Shown here one piece after another: positions 15,801-20,000 of a stretch of 20,000 nt of DNA (its first letter is position 1; every line of letters begins with the position of its first letter). This DNA is from an uncultured virus (IMG/VR IMGVR_UViG_3300046832_001626) (lineage: Duplodnaviria; Heunggongvirae; Uroviricota; Caudoviricetes), in the IMG/VR virus record IMGVR_UViG_3300046832_001626. The stretch is one strand, 5' to 3'. The position numbers were made by a program, and so were the translations under genes. The notes below the pieces were generated by a model that was not told the DNA's origin, did not search any database, and saw nothing but the letters and a program-made list of their open reading frames with translations.

Positions 15801-17065
15801 AAGCATATAAGAATAGACCAAAATCTGCACAAGGAAATATGGATCTTTTGAATCAACTAAGAGCCAAGAAAGCTGCTCCAGCAGCTGCAGCTCCAGCAGT
15901 TGAACCTGCTCAAGAACCAGCAGCACCTGAGCAAGCAGAAAACGATTACGGTAAATCTATGCTTGATCAACTTGATAAAGATGTTCAAGATATCCAATCA
16001 CAACAACCAGCAAAACCAGCACAAGCTGGTAAGGGTTTGATGAGAACCGCAACTGGTGAAAAGACACGTTTAAGAAAAGCAATTCCAAATGAACTTGCAG
16101 GTGTTGCAAATAAATTAGGAAATTTATTCAAGGCAAAAGAACTTGGCTGGAAACCAGGGACTGATCGCTCTGGAAAACCAAAAAATGAGGGACAGACAAT
16201 GTCAGAAGAACATGAAGAACAATATGAAATGATTGATGATTTAAATGACGGTTTGACTGATGAGCAAATTCAAGAACAAAGAAAGAACTCAATCAAAGAA
16301 ACAGTCAATCAATATAAAGGTAATATGAGAGAAGACGTTGATGCTCTATTCAACGGTGAATCACTCTCAGAAGATTTCCGTGTCAAAGCAACTTTGATCT
16401 TTGAATCAGCTGTAACATCACGTGTTGAAGCAATTCTAGAGCAAGTAATGGCTGACAACGAAGAAGTTCTTGCCAATGCATATGAAGATATGAAGGGCGA
16501 ACTAACTGAACAAGTTGATGAATATCTCAACTATGTTGTCGATCAGTGGATGGCACAAAATCAAGTTGCTATCGAAACAGGTTTACGTTCAGAACTCGCT
16601 GAAGACTTCATCTCTGGTCTACGCGCTCTATTCCAAGAACATTACATCGAAATTCCTGAAGAGAAGGTTGATGTTGCAGAAACACTTGCAACAGAACTTG
16701 CAGATCTAAGCACTCAAGCACAAGAATATATTGGGGCACAAGAACTCGCAATTGCCGATCTTCAAGAAGAACTTAACACTGTTAAGAAAGAAAAAGCAAT
16801 TAATAATTTCTGCGAAGGACTTACACTAGTTCAAGCAGAAAAAATGAAATCACTCGCAGAGAGTGTGGAGTTCACCGCAGAAGGTGATTTTGAAGAAAAA
16901 CTCGCTGTACTACGCGAGAACTACTTCCCAACTAAAGTACAAGTGAGAAGTGAGGTAAAGGAAATTCAGCAAGCAATGCTTAATGAAGAACCTGAAGTAG
17001 AACAAACAAACTCTGTCATGGCTCGTTATGTTAAATCAATCTCTAAAACGGCTCCAAAAGCCTAA
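12899..17065 (+). CDS. gp22: Prohead core scaffold gp22, greatly expanded (1388 aa) by an internal modular insertion
   Basis: Lies between gp21 and gp23. The C-terminal part from 16325 is canonical gp22 (EDVDALFNGESLSEDFRVKATLIFESAV, VDEYLNYVVDQWM, GLRSELAEDFISGLRALFQEHYIEIPEEKVDV, LRENYF, MARYV). One uninterrupted frame. Confidence 0.92.
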   Translation: MAHKTLHESAAEILAASVAAAGKEPVPMATVAQTAVDLGGEMTTGAVTPIGSASSSLVNVSPKPGRPGVPAEPMKTVSPMSGEGEAEEGDESEEMESEEKDENELMEELIQEHGAEMVLESLIAEYGDENVFHSIMEEYTAEYGEDLVNEKFAETLSEEIGEDNVINLVAESVIAEFGELQFTDEEFASIQEQSQNFITEMQTLSEEDFDNYVANLTEEELIQAIQLSSLNEEYLVEFLKKIGKALKKGVKAVGKVAGKVLKNPLLSTALSFALPGVGGIAAKLGGKLASTALGKAVSGIGSKIAGSALGKAVGAGVGKLGSTVLGRGALAAGKEALKGGVMSKLQGGSFKQGAIGGAAGSIGGGLGGAVAARTGSNTLGNLVGDVASTKLAGGRSADIKNTALGSVSGGLSALAQSRRQAAGGDEGGAEDNVATAAADDEPEERVAAAPRPQTPPAGAQRLLALRNRFGAARSVAESVKQNDFNVLLEEIVNQTNQNIEQLDDDSYENIVNESDAFVSAINELSDEELDNYFSDLNEEQLVYAVSLMSLAEARTAPAQAKPSAWSKLKSSKLARAVPVLGTVLGAGYAADRLRAGDYVGAGLGAASMLPGAGLAAVGADIARDYIPGIKSTLGSEGSLQQAASKSKVGKAISKATDPVARVAWDPAAAAIGKALYNDKGEARLANAAGAVRDTASAAARNVAGAARNVAGGAARRVASLASNMVPAARAATPAAKPAAKPAAKSAANPKQQGSVGANLASSSGGMFASKSDRLNQSKVDSVLGKGKFKAGSAEANLALQRHFNKKGTMGESMEIEQTNEEESLLEQNALEFIDHLSTLSEEEAAIIVDQLSDEEAEYIDSLMESRLNLLRGGRGARGAGGRGRTPAARPAARPAARPAGGIGKGKAAAATAAGVAAGYGASKAVDALTGSNAPAKPDKPVKPSKPAAMSDEQKYGKIGAEIRKLDPEAYKNRPKSAQGNMDLLNQLRAKKAAPAAAAPAVEPAQEPAAPEQAENDYGKSMLDQLDKDVQDIQSQQPAKPAQAGKGLMRTATGEKTRLRKAIPNELAGVANKLGNLFKAKELGWKPGTDRSGKPKNEGQTMSEEHEEQYEMIDDLNDGLTDEQIQEQRKNSIKETVNQYKGNMREDVDALFNGESLSEDFRVKATLIFESAVTSRVEAILEQVMADNEEVLANAYEDMKGELTEQVDEYLNYVVDQWMAQNQVAIETGLRSELAEDFISGLRALFQEHYIEIPEEKVDVAETLATELADLSTQAQEYIGAQELAIADLQEELNTVKKEKAINNFCEGLTLVQAEKMKSLAESVEFTAEGDFEEKLAVLRENYFPTKVQVRSEVKEIQQAMLNEEPEVEQTNSVMARYVKSISKTAPKA
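14990..15031 (+). repeat. 21-nt tandem repeat x2 (AARNVAG)
   Basis: gctgctagaaacgtcgctgga / gctgctagaaacgttgctggt. Confidence 0.85.
15554..15596 (+). repeat. Perfect 12-nt tandem repeat, about 3.5 copies (PAAR peptide repeat)
   Basis: ccagctgccaga x3 followed by ccagctg. Confidence 0.9.
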
Positions 17066-17090
17066 TTCAATTAACTGAGGAAACACTATC

Positions 17091-18428
17091 ATGTATATTA
17101 ACGAAACATATGCAAAGAAGTGGGCACCAGTTCTTGATCACCCAGAACTCCCAGGAATCAGCGACCCTTACAAGCGCGCAGTTACTGCACTCGTTCTAGA
17201 AAATCAAGAGCGTGCCCTACAAGAAGAATCACGTTCAATGCAAAACCTATGGGAAGCATCACCAGCTAATGCCATGGGAACAGCAGGAATCAGTGGTCTT
17301 TCAGGCGCAGCAAACTCTGGCGTTACAGGCTTCGATCCAGTTCTAATCGGACTCGTTCGTCGTTCTATGCCAAACCTAATGGCTTATGACATCTGCGGCG
17401 TTCAGCCAATGACAGGTCCAACAGGTTTGATCTTCGCAATGCGATCAGTGTTCGCAAGTGCATCTGCTCGCGCTGGTGAAGCACTATTCCAGGAAGCAAA
17501 CACTCACTCTGGTAATGGTACAGTGACTGCATTCAGCACAGCTGTCAACCCAGGTAATGCAAACAGCTCAATCTACGGTCTTGCAAACACAGGTCATGGC
17601 TTCACAACAGCCTATGCCGAAGATGCAACACTCGCATATATGGGCTTCCAGATCGATCGCGTTGCTGTTACAGCCAATTCACGTGGCTTGCAAGCATCAT
17701 ACACGCTCGAACTTGCACAAGACCTCAAGGCAGTTCACGGTCTCGACGCAGAAACAGAATTGACAAATATCTTGTCAACTGAAATTCTTGCTGAAATCAA
17801 CCGCGAAGTTGTTCGTACAATCTATGCAACAGCAAACGTCGGTGTAACTGGCGTAACGGCAAATGTTGTTAACCTTTCAAGCTCCGTAATCGGAGATGCA
17901 GGTGGCACATCTGGTCGTTGGCAGGTTGAGAAGTACAAGTCACTTCTATTCCGTATCGAACAAGCTGCAAACAAGATCGCAAAAGACACACGTCGCGGTA
18001 AGGGTAACATGATCATCGTTTCAACCGATGTTGCATCAGCTCTTGCAATGACAGGTCTTCTCGATTACAACTCAGCACTAACAAACAATACAAATCTCGT
18101 TGTAGACGATACAGGCAACACATTCGCTGGTGTGCTCTTCGGACGCATCAAAGTCTATGTTGACCCATATTCTGTCGCTGGCGCAGATTATGTTGTTGTT
18201 GGTTATAAGGGTGTAACACCTTATGACGCTGGCTTGTTCTACTGCCCATACGTCCCACTACAGATGGTACGTGCAGTTGATCCAACAACTTACCAGCCAA
18301 AGGTCGGCTTCAAGACACGTTATGGTCTCGTTGCAAACCCATTCGCAACAGCAGCTGGTCTTGGTGCTCTAACAGACGGTACAAACGTATACTACCGTAA
18401 GTTCCAAGTGTTGAATATCAACCAGTAA
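17091..18428 (+). CDS. gp23: Major capsid protein gp23
   Basis: KWAPVLDH, LENQE, DPVLIGLVRR, ICGVQPMTGPTGLIFAMR, ELAQDLKAVHGLDAE, YCPYVPL and GFKTRYG motifs. Probable maturation site LWE|A. Confidence 0.98.
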   Translation: MYINETYAKKWAPVLDHPELPGISDPYKRAVTALVLENQERALQEESRSMQNLWEASPANAMGTAGISGLSGAANSGVTGFDPVLIGLVRRSMPNLMAYDICGVQPMTGPTGLIFAMRSVFASASARAGEALFQEANTHSGNGTVTAFSTAVNPGNANSSIYGLANTGHGFTTAYAEDATLAYMGFQIDRVAVTANSRGLQASYTLELAQDLKAVHGLDAETELTNILSTEILAEINREVVRTIYATANVGVTGVTANVVNLSSSVIGDAGGTSGRWQVEKYKSLLFRIEQAANKIAKDTRRGKGNMIIVSTDVASALAMTGLLDYNSALTNNTNLVVDDTGNTFAGVLFGRIKVYVDPYSVAGADYVVVGYKGVTPYDAGLFYCPYVPLQMVRAVDPTTYQPKVGFKTRYGLVANPFATAAGLGALTDGTNVYYRKFQVLNINQ

Positions 18429-18469
18429 TAGTTTGCCAAACTTATAAAAATAATCAGGCAAAGTGACTC

Positions 18470-18500
18470 GGGGTGGATTCGAAAGAATCCACCCCTTTTT
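18470..18500 (+). terminator. Rho-independent terminator after gp23
   Basis: GGGGTGGATTC-GAAA-GAATCCACCCC (11-bp perfect stem, GNRA loop) followed by TTTTT. Confidence 0.93.
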
Positions 18501-18505
18501 ATTTC

Positions 18506-18513
18506 CCTAAATA
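18506..18513 (+). promoter_or_regulatory. Late promoter variant CCTAAATA upstream of gp3
   Basis: TAAATA core just past the terminator, positioned to restart transcription. Confidence 0.6.
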
Positions 18514-18541
18514 AAATTATATCGATCTACGGAATTACTAG

Positions 18542-19090
18542 ATGACAATTCTAACAAGAAATCCGATCAATACCGATTTGTTACAACCACACAAGTTTCA
18601 AATGGTATTTGATCGCATGCCAAATGTAACTTATTTTTGTCAAACTGCATCCCTTCCAGGAATCTCCTTGACTGAAGTTCAGAGATTCACGCCATTCATT
18701 GATGTTTTTCATCCAGGCGAAAAAGCAATTTATGATGCGTTTAATGTTCAGTTCCTGATTAACGAGGACATGAGCACATGGTTAGAGATGCACAATTGGA
18801 TTCGCGGTGCAACTTTTCCAACAGACTTTAAAGAATATCGTGATTTAGCAAGAAACACTAAATCTGGCTACGAGCAAAGCCTTGCTAACAACAGACGTCC
18901 AGTAGTTTACACTGACGGAACTCTAACAATTTACTCAAATAAAAATAATCCAAGGTTTCGCGTGAAGTTCCATGACATGTTTCCAACATATCTTGGTTCT
19001 CTAGAATTTAGCGTGACTGACAACGCCGAAACAACAATGACTTGTCAAGTATCTTTTAGATTTACTTGGTATGATGTAGAAATATTGTAG
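18542..19090 (+). CDS. gp3: Tail completion / tube terminator protein gp3-like
   Basis: LLQPHKFQM, VTYFCQTASLPGISL, FLINEDMSTWLEMHNWI, DGTLTI and DMFPTYLGSLEF motifs; gp23-gp3-uvsY-uvsW synteny as in T4-like cyanophages. Confidence 0.85.
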   Translation: MTILTRNPINTDLLQPHKFQMVFDRMPNVTYFCQTASLPGISLTEVQRFTPFIDVFHPGEKAIYDAFNVQFLINEDMSTWLEMHNWIRGATFPTDFKEYRDLARNTKSGYEQSLANNRRPVVYTDGTLTIYSNKNNPRFRVKFHDMFPTYLGSLEFSVTDNAETTMTCQVSFRFTWYDVEIL

Positions 19091-19113
19091 TTTCGTTCAA
19101 ACCAGACATAGTC

Positions 19114-19142
19114 ATTATAACGAACTAATCAACGATTGTCAA
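19114..19142 (-). promoter_or_regulatory. Consensus sigma70 promoter on the minus strand (antisense to gp3)
   Basis: The minus strand reads TTGACA (19142-19137), a 17-nt spacer, then TATAAT (19119-19114). Confidence 0.8.
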
Positions 19143-19154
19143 CTATTGTCTTGG

Positions 19155-19183
19155 TTGCTTTTTGAGTTGAATTATAGTATATT
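19155..19183 (+). promoter_or_regulatory. Sigma70-like promoter of uvsY
   Basis: TTGCTT (19155-19160), a 17-nt spacer, then TATATT (19178-19183). The ATG begins 7 nt downstream. Confidence 0.6.
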
Positions 19184-19189
19184 ATTGGC

Positions 19190-19639
19190 ATGAAAATAGA
19201 AACTCCACCGCTCGAAGAATTAATGTTGCAATGGGAAAGGGATTCCGAAGTTGATATTACGGAACCTGGAAAAGAAATTCTCCGCATCCCTTTGCTTCAT
19301 AACAAATACAACAAATACTTGTCACTCCACAATCTTGCTGCAAAGAGAGCAGGATTGGAGTATGACAAACTCAAGCGTATGAAATGGATGTACTACAACG
19401 GCAAGTTAGACCAAGATGAATTGGATAAACTTGGTTGGGAACCATTTCGCTTTACTCTCAAATCTGACATCCAAGTCTATCTTGATGGCGATGATGATCT
19501 TGCTAAACTCAAGCGCAAGAAAGCATACCATGAAGAGTCTGCTGCGTTCTGCACCAATGTCATGAAAGAACTTAACAATCGTACATGGCAGTTAAAAGAA
19601 TACATGGGATGGGAGAAGTTCATTCAAGGTGCTAGATGA
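19190..19639 (+). CDS. uvsY: Recombination mediator UvsY
   Basis: WERDSEVD, RIPLLHNKY, KWMYYNGK, YLDGDDDL and NNRTWQLKEYMGWEKF motifs. Confidence 0.92.
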   Translation: MKIETPPLEELMLQWERDSEVDITEPGKEILRIPLLHNKYNKYLSLHNLAAKRAGLEYDKLKRMKWMYYNGKLDQDELDKLGWEPFRFTLKSDIQVYLDGDDDLAKLKRKKAYHEESAAFCTNVMKELNNRTWQLKEYMGWEKFIQGAR

Positions 19640-20000
19640 TAATTGAGCACGTTGTCGTTGAGAAAACCGATAACATCTATGTTCAGGTTCATGCTGAAGA
19701 TTCCATTCTTCAGGAGATGTCTGAGTTCTTCACGTTCTCAACTCCAGGCTATCAATTCAGTCCAGCATTTCGAAATCGACACTGGGATGGTAAAATTCGT
19801 TTATTAAATTTACGAACAAAGCAAATATATGCAGGTCTTGTTGGCTATATAAAGACTTTCTGCAAGCAGCATAATTACACCATTGAGGTCTTAGATGAAG
19901 AAAAGGAAGTCTTTCCGATCGACACGAAGAACCTTGCAACTGCTCTCTCGCTTTCGATGGAGCCAAGAGATTATCAGTTACTTGCGTCTAGCGTCGGACT
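19636..20000 (+). CDS. uvsW: RNA-DNA/DNA helicase UvsW, 3'-truncated by the window edge (missing from the ORF track)
   Basis: ATGA overlap with the uvsY stop. Translates as MIIEHVVVEKTDNIYVQV...EMSEFFTFSTPGYQFSPAFRNRHWDGKIRLLN...MEPRDYQ, which matches the UvsW N-terminus. Confidence 0.92.
   Translation, partial: MIIEHVVVEKTDNIYVQVHAEDSILQEMSEFFTFSTPGYQFSPAFRNRHWDGKIRLLNLRTKQIYAGLVGYIKTFCKQHNYTIEVLDEEKEVFPIDTKNLATALSLSMEPRDYQLLASSVG

Noticed and set aside
12899..17065. Giant gp22 as an artefact of stop-codon reassignment or merged genes
   Set aside because: The frame has no stops in the standard code, and TAA, TAG and TGA all terminate genes elsewhere in the window. Misassembly cannot be excluded without reads, but the repeats are diverged at DNA level.
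18432..18462. Inverted repeat TTTGCC...GGCAAA between the gp23 stop and the terminator
   Set aside because: A 6-bp stem with a 19-nt loop is insufficient evidence for a structured RNA.
18428..18542. Absence of gp24 (vertex protein) after gp23
   Set aside because: The gp23-gp3-uvsY-uvsW order is normal for marine and freshwater T4-like phages.
19062..19109. 15-codon minus-strand ORF (MSGLNETTIFLHHTK) just downstream of the antisense promoter
   Set aside because: Too short to support, and its ATG starts only 5 nt after the -10 box, probably upstream of +1.

Overview
This window is the head/neck/tail morphogenesis module of a T4-like myophage (cyanophage/pelagiphage-type gene order), with all genes on the + strand in the standard genetic code. 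Order: partial DUF6445-like oxygenase, GT2 glycosyltransferase, gp13-gp14-gp15-gp16-gp17-gp18-gp19, a small basic ORF, gp20, three prohead-core-region ORFs, gp21, gp22, gp23, gp3, uvsY and a partial uvsW. T4-type late promoters (NNTAAATA) sit in the intergenic gaps and a strong terminator follows gp23. The standout feature is the gp22 scaffold gene: 1388 aa, against 269 aa in T4. Its middle is built like a polyprotein, with three homologous acidic spacers. Each spacer ends in a gp21-type L-x-E cleavage motif and is followed by a different Glu-poor, basic Gly/Ala-rich 'cargo' segment; the first cargo begins with a cecropin/magainin-like amphipathic helix. This suggests the scaffold loads protease-released passenger proteins into the capsid (inference). 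Second, a perfect-consensus sigma70 promoter (TTGACA-N17-TATAAT) on the minus strand points antisense into gp3/gp23, back-to-back with a probably leaderless uvsY promoter. All family assignments come from motif recognition and synteny; no database searches were run.
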